64,000 bases of DNA from Macrostomum lignano (Eukaryota), in NCBI GenBank assembly GCA_002269645.1, contig NIVC01000352.1, forward strand, positions 1 through 64,000, given 5' to 3'. The position numbers and the translations under genes are program-made. Position 1 is the stretch's first letter; the number at the start of each line of letters is the position of its first letter. Of this stretch, positions 21,791-34,535 are shown piece by piece. The notes under the pieces were generated by a model. The model ran no database searches, was not told the origin of the DNA, and saw nothing but the letters and a program-made list of their open reading frames with translations.

Positions 21791-23504
21791 TTAAGAGCAT
21801 TTTACAAGCTTTTTTACAAATAAAAACAGTTGCTAGTAGCGTGACCGTTTGTTGACAGCGTGCAATTATTTGGTATATTTAATGCTTGAAAATATATCTT
21901 CCATTTACTATATAAAAATTGCTGGTTTATTCTTTTTTTCTACACGTGTACATGTACGCTCGTACGTGTTAAGCACTTCAGCGTCCCCAAAGTCAAAATA
22001 CATGATGTACGCTCGTTACTCGCGCTTACGCTTGACTAACCACCATATAAAGGACCACCAGATTCGACTCAACCCACTATCGGAAGGTGCCGCTGTTGAT
22101 GAGGAACAGATAATGCTAACAAGTACTGTAAGTACTAGTACATGTATTAAAGCATGCGTGTGAATGTTACATGTACATGCAAGTACCCAAGAATTGATCA
22201 TTGGGTCCTTTCCCAGTAAAAAAGGGTAGTCGGAATTCGATCGGAATCTGATCGTAATTTAATCGGTATTCGGAATTTGTCGGAAAGTGGATTAAACACA
22301 TTATTTTGTTTTAAATAATTACGTTACTATGATAAATAACATCAGCAATTCAAGAAAATATTTTTTGAGCTACAATTGCTCATCGGAAATTAGTCGGAAA
22401 TGGTTCGTAACTCTTCCGATCGGATTTTGTACCCATTTTTCCTTTGGCTTTCCGATACAGCCATATTCAAAAAGCATGTGCTGTACTAAACGTGTACTGC
22501 TGTATTTATGCATTAACTACAAGTGCGAAAATATACTTTTATGGGAAAATAAATTATTAGTATAACTTAGTTTTTGTTTTTACGCCACTAGAATGCGCTG
22601 GCTCATCCATTTTATACCGAAGTATTTTAAAAACCGATTTATTTTACAACCTCTCTTGCTCAAAACCGCGCCTCTGCACTAGCCCTAGCCACTAGCCTTT
22701 GTAATTTAATTTTGACTAAATCTAGTGATTGAAAGCAGAGCCTTCACCCACAAGGCCACAACCTAAATTTAAATTACTCTCATTGCTTTGCCTATTGCAA
22801 TTTTTTTATATTCCTACATAACTACTGCTATACTTATATTTATAATTATATAAGTTAGGTTTACACTGTATTTCTCAAATTACCTTTATTTTTTCTTGAT
22901 AATTGTCTTAAAAACTATTTGGCTTTCATTTTTCACCTACAAACAACTACTTACAAGTTACAACCTTGCTTCCATTATATCACATGTTCAACTGCCTATT
23001 TTAAACTTTGAAGGAAGACTTTAAATAGAAAAAATATAGGGCCTAGCCAAAATTCTTTTTAAGATTCATATTACTCATTATTCATATTATTACTCATTGA
23101 GTCATTACTCAATATTATCATATATAGTTATCAATAGACAATCATTTGAGCTTGACATTGGTTCATTTGGTTCATTCATTAGTGTATCTATAAGCAAAAC
23201 AAAGTTTTTTATACCACTGCAAGTATAGTTTTTTGATTAAATTTAGTTTTTAGCAATTGTGACTTGTCTTTATTAGGTTAAGGCAATATAATTAATCATA
23301 AAAATTATTAACTTGTTTTTTATAGTGAATAAGTATTATTGACTTGACTATAGTCTATAAAGTAAATAGCTATTTATATCATATTTAACATTACATTTAC
23401 TGTCCAAAACTTCAATTAAACTTAAATTTAAGATAATTTAGGCCTAGTCTAAATTTAGTTTAATATAAATTTTAAAACTTTGACATATTTATAAGATTGT
23501 CAAA

Positions 23505-25412
23505 ATGTCAAAAAGAAATTCTAGTAGAAATGTAACTAAAGAGATAGAAAAAATACTAAAGGATATTCCATCCTTGGAAAATCATAGCCATGTCCACGCC
23601 CATGATTATGAAGATACTGGGCCTAGTAACATTGAGGATATTGTTAGCCAAGAAGTGGATATTGAAAATGCGGAATATTTTGATTGTCATGAGCTTTTGA
23701 ATGATTTTAATCTTGAAATGCAACTTTTATTTGAAGAACCATTGGAGGATATTCAGGAACCTCAAGGGCAACCAGAAAGCAATTTAGACACAGCTAAATT
23801 GGTCCAAGAATTGCTAATGTTCTACTTAACTTTTAATATCACAACATCGGCTATGAACCATTTGCTTAAACTGTTGGCTAACTTCCATCCTGGAATGCCA
23901 AAGTCTGTCTATATGCTAAGAAAGTTTTTTCCAAAGGCTGAGATTGAAAAGCTAAACATCAATAATGGAAAACTTGCTTTCTTGTCTATTTCTGACAATT
24001 TACAATTTCTTTTTGATTCCAAGGTTTTGGCTATCCCACAAGGTGCCAAGGAGTTTTTTGTTTCATTAAGGATAAATATAGATGGTCTTCCTCTTTTTAA
24101 ATCATCTCGTATTGGTCTTTGGCCTATCTTAATGATTGTAAATGATTGCTTTCGACCTGTGCCTTTGGGTCTATTTTGTGGTATAGGAAAACCAGACTTG
24201 CTTTCTTTCATTAATAACTTTTGCACAGAAGCAAATAGTCTAATAAAATTTAACTTTAACTATGGTGAGGTAGTAATAAAATTAAAAAATATTATATTTA
24301 TCTGTGACACACCTGCAAGGAATTTTATCCAATGTCTAAAGGGTCATTCAAGTTATTTTGGGTGTAGCTGGTGTCGGCAAGTTGGCAAATATATAGGAGA
24401 TAGGATTTGTTTTTCAAGTAGTATTGCTGAACAGAGAACTAATGAGGATTATAAAAGCAATAGGGAGAACAATCAACATAGCCTTTCACCACTTGCAGGT
24501 ATTGTACCTATGTATTCAAATTTTACACCTGACTATATGCATATTGTCTGTCTTGGAGTATGTCGCAAGCTACTCAAATTCTACTTTTTTGGTGCAAAGC
24601 ATATTCGCCTACCATGCAAACTTTCTAGCCATCTTAAAAATATGTTAAATGGGAAAGTTAGGTTAGTCCAACCTTTTATCCCTTCAAACTTTCAGCGGAA
24701 GCTTCGCGAGCTATCAAATATTGAACATTTCAAGGCTACTGAGTATCGTCAATTTTTGCTTTATCTAGGTCCTTTTCTTCTTGTTGATATTCTACCAATA
24801 CAATATTATAATCACTTCATGCTGCTTCACTGGTCCATGTATGTACTGAGCTCTACAACATACAAGAATTATCTCCATGCAGCTGAAGCATGTTTGAAAA
24901 AATTTGTACAGGATTCACCAAGGCTATATTATGCTAATGTATTGTCTTACAACTTCCATGCACTTCTACATCTTCCAGAGTTTGTTAAAATATATGGTCC
25001 AGTTGATAACTTTTCTGCATTTCCTTTTGAGAATTATCTACAGCTAATTAAAAAACGTATTAGGGCTAATAATAATATATTTACTCAGTCTGTCAATCAG
25101 TTGATTAATATGCGTTTCTTGTATTCCAATGATAAACTTGCTAATCTTATATTTTCTAATAAAAGCCCAGACAATTGTGCTATTATAAATAATGATGAAG
25201 TAATTATTATTTCACGGGAGAAAGATGGCCTAATTTCTGGTCGGCGTCTAACTTTTAGTCGGTCACTCTATTCTTATCCTTATCCTTCTGAGTCAATAGG
25301 CATTGGATTCTACCAACTTTCCATGTCCTATGTATCTAATGCTCAACCCAAGAGAAAAGCCATTCTTATTTTATGTGATTGTGAGTATTTAGTAATTCCT
25401 TGCATGGAGTGA
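23505..25412 (+). CDS. CMC/EnSpm-type DDE transposase, 635 aa, intronless
   Basis: Motifs NIDGLPLFKSS..LWPI, GIGKP, ICDTPAR..KGH..YFGC..C, DYMH..CLGV, KATEYRQFLLY, YNFHALLHL, SAFPFENY; uninterrupted frame. Confidence 0.93.
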   Translation: MSKRNSSRNVTKEIEKILKDIPSLENHSHVHAHDYEDTGPSNIEDIVSQEVDIENAEYFDCHELLNDFNLEMQLLFEEPLEDIQEPQGQPESNLDTAKLVQELLMFYLTFNITTSAMNHLLKLLANFHPGMPKSVYMLRKFFPKAEIEKLNINNGKLAFLSISDNLQFLFDSKVLAIPQGAKEFFVSLRINIDGLPLFKSSRIGLWPILMIVNDCFRPVPLGLFCGIGKPDLLSFINNFCTEANSLIKFNFNYGEVVIKLKNIIFICDTPARNFIQCLKGHSSYFGCSWCRQVGKYIGDRICFSSSIAEQRTNEDYKSNRENNQHSLSPLAGIVPMYSNFTPDYMHIVCLGVCRKLLKFYFFGAKHIRLPCKLSSHLKNMLNGKVRLVQPFIPSNFQRKLRELSNIEHFKATEYRQFLLYLGPFLLVDILPIQYYNHFMLLHWSMYVLSSTTYKNYLHAAEACLKKFVQDSPRLYYANVLSYNFHALLHLPEFVKIYGPVDNFSAFPFENYLQLIKKRIRANNNIFTQSVNQLINMRFLYSNDKLANLIFSNKSPDNCAIINNDEVIIISREKDGLISGRRLTFSRSLYSYPYPSESIGIGFYQLSMSYVSNAQPKRKAILILCDCEYLVIPCME

Positions 25413-25730
25413 TGTAGTCTTCTCTGGGGCATGCTAGCAAAAAATAATAAGCAATGAAGCCGGCACTTTTCTGTATGGTAGCATATAGTGAAAAGATTTG
25501 CCTGAAAAAACTTTTAGGCTTAACTATTTAATACCTTACTTATATTTCATAAGTAAATGTACAATAAGTTTAGGGAATATTTTGACAAGTAATCAGTTGG
25601 CCAAAGTGCTTAGAATAATATTTTTTTAGATTTATATTAAATCTATATCCTATATAATATAGTTATAATATAGGTAGGTATCCTCATTAACCTGAGCTTA
25701 ACTAAAATATTTTGCTCATGCTCACAAAAA

Positions 25731-28510
25731 ATGAAGTACATAATTTATCTTCTTAGCAACAAGCAAGTCATTGAAGCCTGTGAGGAACAATGTATTATGG
25801 GTGACTATGCCTCTTGGACAGTGGAGCAGTGGGCACAGCTACCATCATCAGCTGAAGTTCATATCCAGGTGGCCCACTGTGAGCGTCTTGAAGATGCAGT
25901 GGTTCTGCAGATTGTTCCACATGAGTGCGACACTGCAGACTGCATTAAGATGCTTCGCACTGTCATTCGGGAGAAGAAATATCGTCACAGGGAGCTTCTG
26001 ATGCACGTGCTACCCAATCGTGTGCGGACAGCTGGTCGGCAGTCTCTTCCACCTTTGGGCAACCTTTGGACAGCCGATGAAGCAACGGAGGATGAGAGCG
26101 TAAGATATGAAGTAGAAATTTTCGTCATAATCGAGTAACAACTTAATTTTCCTGAACAATTACTAACAAACCATTACCAGCAAAGTCTAGTAACGTGAAA
26201 AATATCACTGTACTTTTTACTCTAGGATACCCGCCCTCGAAGACACGAAACGGATGCAGATAAAAGCCTCCAAGTCAGCTCTCCTGCGGCTGCGCCTTCG
26301 CAAGACGTCCAGCTCCCGGTGCTGCCATTTTCATTACGTGCCTGCGACACCACGACTGTTGCTAAGGTAACTTTTTATGACTTTAACGAACACGCATTTT
26401 CTTTGGTATCATGTATTCTAGTAATAAACCATAATATAGAAGTTTAAGTTGAATGCTGTTTAAGCTGCTATAGAAAATGTCATTGGTTGCCAATAAAAAC
26501 TATTCCTGAAGTCTCGTTTCCTTCTTTTACAGAATTTTACAGTTTCAGTTTGTTTTTGTCGTTATAACACTGTCTGTCTCAAGCTTGTGCACGAGTCCCT
26601 GTCTATTCTACTGTTCTATTGTAGAGCTCGGCGAGCACCGTCCAAAACCAACGGGCTTTATCCAACCAGAGACAGATCGCCGATTCAACGCCAGAGACAC
26701 CGCATTGCCAGCTTCAAGCAGTTGGCACCGCTCCAGCCACCACCCAGAACGGCGTTGATGATGCCATCAATTATAGTGCTATTCTTACAACCCCGCATGG
26801 AGATGGCCCGCGACCTCCACCAGTGGTTAGTAAAATATTTGGAATTGAGATTTTACAACGAGAAAAGAATTAATATATTCACAATTTGTTGCAGAACCGC
26901 TTTAAAGAAATAAAAATTGAATACGAATTGCAAGAGGGGAGATAAAAATACAGGGAAGAGAGAAGATAAAATGAAAATGCGGAGTGTGGAGAGGAAGACC
27001 ATTAGGAGCAGGGAGATCGAAAGCTAGAAAGTGTATGTAGAGTGCATGAGAGGGACAGTTAGCAGGAAAAAAGATACATAAGTGTTTTTATTTACTTTAT
27101 CTAAATTTACTAAAACTGACGTGTTGTTTTATTTTGTCTGTGTTCGATAACTCCTAAAATATTGGCAAGTCAGCGTTGAAACTTGTATGGGAAAACAGAA
27201 AATTTTCCGGTATAGGCTTTATAGTATATAAAAATGCAAGTTTGTAAAAATATTTGCCGACAATCCATAAAAATTTTTTCGCAGGGAGCGTTTTCAGCTA
27301 TGCCTCAGCTGGAGGCGTTCGTCAAGAGGCAGGTTGAGTCTAGAGGCTACTCTTGGGGATCGCTTGAAGGTAATCGATATGTTCCTGTTGTATATCCATT
27401 CTTTCTAAGAAAAAAATAGCTAGCTATGCTTTTTATATTTCTGTTATTTTTCTATGGCTTATTGTTTTCTTAATTTCCCCGTTTAGGTCTGTATTGTCTT
27501 CAACTGCTGAATTTGAGGGAGACGCTGAAGATCAGGGATGCACTGCAGCGCGGGACGAACGCAGTTCTGAGCACACCCGCAGCTAATCTGCTGCCGGTCA
27601 ACCTTCCAATTCGAACGATTCAAGATTTGGAACAGTTTAAGAGCTGCATCGGCGCCAACGAGGATCTGAAAAAGGCTCTAGTAAGTTAAATACAGACCTG
27701 AGTATCGATTGCATGGCTTGTAAGCTCCGCTGACCCAGTTTAGTTTTGGTTGCGCAAGTGGTTCCAGAAATATTAGGGAGCTATAAAAATCTCCCGCTAT
27801 TAACTTTGGGCTGTTGTCGATAGACGTTTTAATTTTCTGAAAGTTTATTCTGTCGAAATTTAAGTGCATGCACGTTGATTATCTCATCAATGGCTTGTGC
27901 TTCTGTTCCAGACAACGCAGATTCAGACGCGGTGCGTTACTGCAAAGGTGCAGCAATCTGTTCGCTACGCGATGGATGAGCTTATCGCGCGGGATCTCCA
28001 GGTCCGGTTCAATAGGACTGGGGGAAAGGATCCTAGAAGGGCTGACAAGGAGAACGTCAAACTATCTTTTGATCAGTACTTTGGCGAGATCTTCAAGGGT
28101 ATGTGTTATTTGTTTTTTATCCTTTATAGTGTACTCCAATTACCAATTTCTAAAGAACGTAAATTAGGTTTTTCTCTTACCTTGTCAGACTATCTAAAAT
28201 ATGGTGTACACGATTATTTGTCTTTATTTTTTACTTCCTTATTTTTCTAATGACATTGCGGGTGTTCAACTTGTCTGCTGATCATGCCATTAACTCTTAA
28301 TTACTCTTTGCAGGGGCCCTATCCTCCAAGTTCTCTCTGGATTCTATCAACAAAGCCATCCAGAGCTTCTTTGACGGCGTCCGAAAGCGCAAGAGGTCCG
28401 GACCAACAGTCGTGGAGAGTGCCAGTGTGGGGAAGCGACCACGACAACGGAATAGCCGAGGTGGCGCCTCTGCCGCCTCCTCTGATGTATCCTCCGATGA
28501 CTCCGGGTGA
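25731..28510 (+). CDS. Transposon accessory gene, 7 exons, about 457 aa, C-terminal DUF4806-like region
   Basis: Exons 25731-26099, 26226-26366, 26625-26825, 27285-27369, 27487-27680, 27912-28098, 28314-28510; all GT-AG with matching phases and no internal stop; LPIRTIQDLEQF...VRYAMDELIARDL...FNRTG...K..F pattern; basic RKRKR NLS-like tail. Confidence 0.75.
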
Positions 28511-29726
28511 TATGTGCAGTAATCGATTATGCAGCCGGTTGGCTCACCGCAAAAGTCTAGCTCGTAGCTAGATTTTCTAATTTCCATTTTATATGCTTCA
28601 GACGTGATGCGGCCTATACCAAAATACATGTGCACGTTTTTCATATATATTTTGTTTTGCAGTTCTGATTTTGAACTACTCAAGCCGATAAAGTCCGTTT
28701 CATTGAGAACTTGCATTAAATTTGTAACAGTTTTACAAGCTAGACGGATCAAGATTCCAAAAAGGGTTATAATTATGGAAAAAATTCTCAAAAATACAAC
28801 AATCGTATTTTAGTCGGATTTTAGCGTCACTCTCCGATCGGAAAACTCCGACCAGAAAACGATCGGATTGCACGAGCCACTTTGCTGACAAATTCCGACC
28901 GGACATTCCGATCGGATTCCGACTACCCTTTTTTACTGGGTTGGTTGTTGTAAGTCGAAAGTCTCAACAGCAGTTTAAACTAAAATTTTCTAGTCTAGCT
29001 ATTCTAGCTTGAATGTGTGGTCACTAGCAAGTAGCGACACAGACAGGGTGCCAAAGCCAAACATATTTCGTTCGCCAGCGCCAGGGTCTAAAATAGCATC
29101 AATACAGGGAATCAATTCCCACCGAAATATTTTATTTTTGCCTCATTTTATTGCGGCACTATATAGCTTTTTTTCAAATTAAAAATAAAAAAACTAGGCT
29201 TTTGACTTGAAATTAGTTGCTCTTATTAAAAACCTGTTTTTTACTTTTTGTTCTACTTTCTACATTTTTGAATAAATTTAACTCGTGTCCGAAGCTCTGA
29301 CGGTGTGATATCTAAATTGCTAATTTTGGGCCTAGTTTTAAAATGCGGGTTAAAATCTAAAAAGCTAATTTTGGGCCTAGTTTTAAAATGCGGGTCAAAA
29401 TGCGGGTTAAAATGCGGTTCAGCCCGGAGTCTGAACTCATCGGGACCTTGGTCTATCTGTGAAAAAATCACTCATAACTTTCCTTAATTTCAAGCATGTC
29501 AAAGAAGTTACCAAATAGAAGCTGTCAGGAGCTATATTACACAGAAGCTATTATCACTGAAAATTGCAGACCTAAACACTTTAAAGCTGCTTTCTATTTG
29601 TAAATAGAAAATATAATATATAATTATTAATATTACTTGGCCTCTCTAAATGACTTTATATTTTATGCTAAACTGACCATTTAAACTGGTAGGCCTATTT
29701 CATTAAAAAGATGTAGTTTAGGGATA

Positions 29727-30844
29727 TAGGGATGCTAAATACCAGACTTGCCCAAAACAGGGATCCCGGTATTCAATACTGGAATTTCGCCAATACCAGT
29801 TTTGAATACTGTTATTCAATACGACAATAGCTTTTTTCATATTTTGGCTCCCAAATTTCAAAAAGTCAAATTTTATTGCATTTTACCTATTTTTTATTGC
29901 CTATCTTTTGAATGCATTATAAATCATTTACTGAATTGTCCTGACTTTTAAATCCAATCAATTTGTGAAGTAGTAGTAATTGTTTGTGTAGTTATAGTAG
30001 TTATCATTTTAGTAGCATTCTTACTAGCCTTACCTTATTGTCTTATTGATTACTTTATCATATTTGCCTTAATACAGCTATAGGCCTATTGTTTGTTAAA
30101 TAAATCACAAAAAATCATGTATCTTCTACTCATAGTTTCAATTCTATTTTCATTTTTAAGTAGTTAAATATATTGCCTTGCTTTTTTATGTTTATTATAT
30201 AGGCAGTAGGCCTATATACTATTGCTTAAATTTTGTTAATAATTGTCTACCATATTTAGTAAAATTACTATAAATACAAGCAAATATATGGTGAGGAAGA
30301 ACTTCAACTTGTGCTTGACTGCCCTATTCTAGCAATTGCTATTAGGCTTTAGCATTGATTCATTAGGCATTCTGCCTTCCTACCTCTTTAGTCCACTATT
30401 AAATATCCTACTCTCTATGCTAACATTTCCCATTTAACTATTAGAATTCCCCATTAGCTATTGAAATTCCCCATTGGCACACCTGTTTCCTAGGCAACTC
30501 CAATCTACTGTGTAGCCCTTTTCCTCTCTCCCCCTTAGACTGATTAGACTGTCTTGCTACTCTAACATTTATGCCACTAAGAATATCCCTAGGCTTACTC
30601 CTTATAGTAGCATACATTTCCCCAATTCTAAGAAATCCCCAAATCTCAAGTAAATTCAAATCTAAAAAGCTAAGGCAAAAACATATTTTAATTTCTAGGA
30701 AAATGTAATTTAAACAAAAAATCACAAATTTTAAAAAATACAGACAGTTTTAGACCAATACTGGACTAATATTGGAATACACATATCAAAAAATGGCCCA
30801 AAACCAGTATTTTTCAAAACCGGATCCTGGTATTAGCATATCTA
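29727..30844. mobile_element. Non-autonomous TIR element (MITE), TAGGGATGCTAAATACCAG ends
   Basis: Left TAGGGATGCTAAATACCAG; right end reverse-complements to TAGATATGCTAATACCAG; AT-rich noncoding interior; no clear 8-bp TSD. Confidence 0.55.
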
Positions 30845-31712
30845 TATCCCAGTGATAAGAATGGCCAAATTTATAAAAAGTTTCTCTATAAAAAAGTCAA
30901 GAAACTTTTTTCTCTATTTTTTCTTTTTTTATAATTTGTTTAGTGCTTCTTTTTTATATAGGCTATGCTAATTGCACTGCAAAGTTATTTATATCAAGAA
31001 GAAAAAAATTAAAGTTTTAGCAGTTGCATTTTTCTCTTCTAGATTAAGGCTTTATATTATATATAGTAAAAAACTGGGAAAAGCTTAGTTTGCTATTATT
31101 AGCTACCATTGATTTTTTTAAATAAAACAGTAGGGATTAAAACAGAAAGTAACTTAAACAAACGAAAGCTGTTTTCTGTTTAGACAATATAACATGTGCA
31201 ATTACTGCTACTATAAGTAAAAATTAATGAGGATACATATACTTGAAACTAAATACTTATTTGGCAAAATTATTCCCTATCAAGGCTATCACAATTTATA
31301 TTTTTTAATGTCAGTTAAACAATAAAAAAATTTTCTATTTGGATTTTAAGTATCAGAATCATTGTATTCTTGGTCTCACTTCAGGATGCCAAATTGAAAA
31401 CTAAGGTATAAGCTGGCATCCATCAAAAGAGTAAAAAAAATAATTTTATGGGTCAATGGGTCGTGACATTGAAAAATCCTAGGTTCAGGTTATGGGTCCA
31501 TCATAATTGCCTGCAACCTTTTCCCACCAAAATTTTTCCACTGAGCTTTTTTATCTTTGTTTTAATGTTGCTGAAGTACCCTGGATCTATGTGGCTATTA
31601 GTAGATGAAGCCAATATATTTTACAAGGTAGCCAGCCCTTAAAATGATACTGTGACAAAAAATCGCTAAAAAGTCTTTGCAAACAACTTAAGTGACTCTA
31701 GCCGCCACTCTG

Positions 31713-31821
31713 GGACGACTTTTGTGACTCTTTAACGACTAATGTGACAGAGGTGACCATTGCATCACAAGCGCGTCACGTGAGCTGTTAGAATCGTAAA
31801 AGAGCCATAAAAGAGTCGTCC
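31713..31821. repeat. Imperfect inverted repeat (about 28-bp arms) upstream of RPS23
   Basis: GGACGACTTTTGTGACTCTTTAACGACT vs reverse complement of AATCGTAAAAGAGCCATAAAAGAGTCGTCC. Confidence 0.65.
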
Positions 31822-32065
31822 AAGAATCGTGTTGGCGCTTAACTTTCTACTAACTCAGTAGGCTAGTTAGTGTGCTTCAAACACAACTCAACGACTATAG
31901 GTAGCACGCCTCAAATACGACTCTACGGCCCACAGTCGTTATACCGTTGCTTCAGTGACTAAAATCGCACAAAATTTGTTTCATATTGATTATTGATTAT
32001 CAATTGATTATCAGTCTGCCACTATCCGATGCCATTCACTGCTGCAGCCGCACTGACCGGACAGC

Positions 32066-32497
32066 ATGGGGAAGCCAGCCGGTATTCGCACCGCCCGCAA
32101 GCTACGCAATAACCGACGCGAGCAGCGCTGGGCAGACAAGGACTACAAAAAGTCTCACCTGGGCACCCGTTGGAAGGCCAACCCGTTCGGCGGCGCGTCC
32201 CACGCCAAGGGCATCGTGGTTGAGAAGATCGGCGTCGAGGCCAAGCAGCCCAACAGCGCCATCAGGAAGTGCGTCAGAGTCCAGCTGATCAAGAACGGCA
32301 AGAAGATCACCGCTTTCGTGCCTAACGACGGCTGTCTGAACTTCATCGAGGAGAACGACGAGGTGCTGGTGTCCGGATTCGGCCGAGCCGGACACGCCGT
32401 CGGCGACATCCCCGGCGTCCGGTTCAAGATTGTCAAGGTGGCCAACGTGTCTCTGTGGGCGCTGTTCCGCGGCAAGAAGGAGCGACCGAGGAGCTGA
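32066..32497 (+). CDS. RPS23: 40S ribosomal protein S23 (uS12), 143 aa
   Basis: [13 protein letters not shown]...[33 protein letters not shown]...GKKERPRS; AATAAA at about 32614. Confidence 0.99.
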   Translation: MGKPAGIRTARKLRNNRREQRWADKDYKKSHLGTRWKANPFGGASHAKGIVVEKIGVEAKQPNSAIRKCVRVQLIKNGKKITAFVPNDGCLNFIEENDEVLVSGFGRAGHAVGDIPGVRFKIVKVANVSLWALFRGKKERPRS

Positions 32498-33200
32498 GTA
32501 GCGAAAGTATTTGATGAAGATCTGCGCGCAGTCGAGACTTTAATAGCCTTGTGTGAGTTCTGTTGGATTCTGATGCGAAGCCGTGTCGCGTGCGTACAAA
32601 ACTTGCTAAAACTAATAAATTGGAATTGCGCGAGAGTGCTATGTTGAACAATTGCGTCAATGCTAAACTCGCTTACTGCATTGGAGACAACTGTTTGGAT
32701 TCAGTCTCTGGATTGTGTGTCATTTTCAGATAAGGGCCAGTTGGTAGACACTTAAGCATCAGTAAGTGTTCAACTGTTCAACGAGTTAGATCGAGATCAC
32801 GATTTATATGTATGAGAAGGTGTTGCAAAACTTTCCGGAACTGTAAACGCCAGGGATGTCCAAATGAGCTTAAATTCTAGCCATAACTCCTTGCACAGTT
32901 GTGAAATTGGTTGTGTCATTGGTCTTCTGGATTGTTTTGCCTGGGCGAATTAGGGATGGTTCTTTAGCGAAGGGGGTATGTGGCGCTAATATAAAATTAC
33001 AATAATCATTTTTTTAGAAAAATTTATTAGACTTCAACAGAGAAGTATAGAGTTTAGAGAATAAAATTAAACAAACTTGTGAATCAACTTTATAATCCGC
33101 ATCAATTTATCTTATCTAGAGTCGTTCCTGCAGCAACAGATTTATATTTGAACTTGAACAAGCATGAAAGACAAGAATTGGCAAAATGTACTTTTACCAT

Positions 33201-33473
33201 CTACTCGGTCTCCTGGTGACCATGCACCGTCACATCGATGGAGTTGGTTCCGGGCGAGTACTTTAGATAGTCGCTAATCTGTCGTATGTCCAGCATTGGC
33301 ACGACAGACTTGTACATGAGATTGTTGATGACTAGCTTGCCGCTAACACGCTTCTTGATGTCCTCCTTGAGCTCGATGATGGTCATGCTGGTTGGCACGT
33401 TCATCGTCAGCAGTTGCTTGTTGCTGGAGGCCAATAGGACACGGATCTCCACTACAGAGTTCTTTTCTGCCAT
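33201..33473 (-). CDS. Small ubiquitin-like-fold protein (90 aa), tentative
   Basis: Pattern EIRV...LTMNVPTSMTIIELKEDIKKR...LMYK...L.D.RQISDY resembles ubiquitin-like domains; GC3-rich codons; no terminal GG. Confidence 0.5.
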   Translation of the reverse strand: MAEKNSVVEIRVLLASSNKQLLTMNVPTSMTIIELKEDIKKRVSGKLVINNLMYKSVVPMLDIRQISDYLKYSPGTNSIDVTVHGHQETE

Positions 33474-33700
33474 CTAAGTCTCTAGCACTTATTCTGCTAT
33501 TCTTAAGTAATGTAAGAACAATATAAGTCGCGAACTCACACTGCAATTATAATCAGACGACGACAACAATTTTTCATTTCGGTTCGGCATGAGTTTAGTC
33601 TGTGGTCTGAAATTGTCTGGTCAGCTACTGGGTCCACCTGGCATTGATATGGGGTTAAAACATGTAATTTCTATTTTTACTAGCTAGCCAATGGATAAAT

Positions 33701-33795
33701 AATCAGCGGTCCCAGTGCGTGACAACGATTGTCTGGCGAGCGCCGGTAGGCGCGAGCCATAGACAAATCGTTGTCACGTGCTGCGACCGCTGATT
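33701..33795 (+). ncRNA. Long near-perfect hairpin (candidate pre-miRNA/structured RNA or tiny palindromic MITE)
   Basis: AATCAGCGGTC..CGTGACAACGATT.GTCT..GCGCC-GGTA-GGCGC..AGAC.AATCGTTGTCACG..GACCGCTGATT; two arm differences form G-U pairs on the + strand. Confidence 0.35.
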
Positions 33796-34535
33796 CTTTG
33801 CATTGTTTTTCTGTTTGACGATCCTACAGACAATGCATTGTTGTAGTAATGGATTGTTCTGCATTAAAAATGTGAATAATGATCGTCAAATTGCTAAACA
33901 ATGGCATTCAAATGTGGCCCGTTTAACTTAGCTCACTTTGTCAGGGTTGGTGCCTACAAAATACGGAGGCTTACACATTAATTCCGATAGGTCAACGGTA
34001 TTTAAGCGGCCAAACAGAGGTAGGTGTTTCTTGAAACAACTAGTACCGCCAGATAACAACGATGGCTTCTAATTTCTATAATTTTTATACAGTTTAATTC
34101 ATTGTTGCTTACAGCAGACATTTTAGCGAATTACTGAATACATAACACGATCCTCCATCTACTTCTGTTGTAATTCTCGTTGTGTTCGTATAGTTTGAGT
34201 TGTCATGGCGACAACAAGCTCGCACACGGCTGTCACAGCTAATATTTGACAGTTGAAACATTGGTTGTTTGGCCTAAAAGCTTTGTACTAGAAGCTAGAG
34301 GCAGCTAGCTTCAAGCTATTGTTCACACGATTTTCGTTTACATAGCAAGACTGCCCGCCAATCACACTAACTATAGCTGTATATCATCCTTATTGAGCTA
34401 ACTCACGCGGCCATGCTTCCACTGGCAGCCTGGAAGAGAAATGATCGTCACGTGAAAACCTCAACTCTATAAAGCAAACCGTTTGCTTCCGCTTATGTTG
34501 GACATGACACTGGCACAAGCTTCTGCTGGCTAAAA

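Larger units (their letters stand above)
22212..28940 (+). mobile_element. Full-length CMC/EnSpm (CACTA-type) DNA transposon, 6729 bp
   Basis: TIRs CCCAGTAAAAAAGGGTAGTCGGAATT/CCGATCGGAAT at both ends, TT flanking both sides (2-bp TSD), subterminal TCGGA/TCCGA repeats, transposase ORF and spliced accessory gene inside. Confidence 0.92.
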
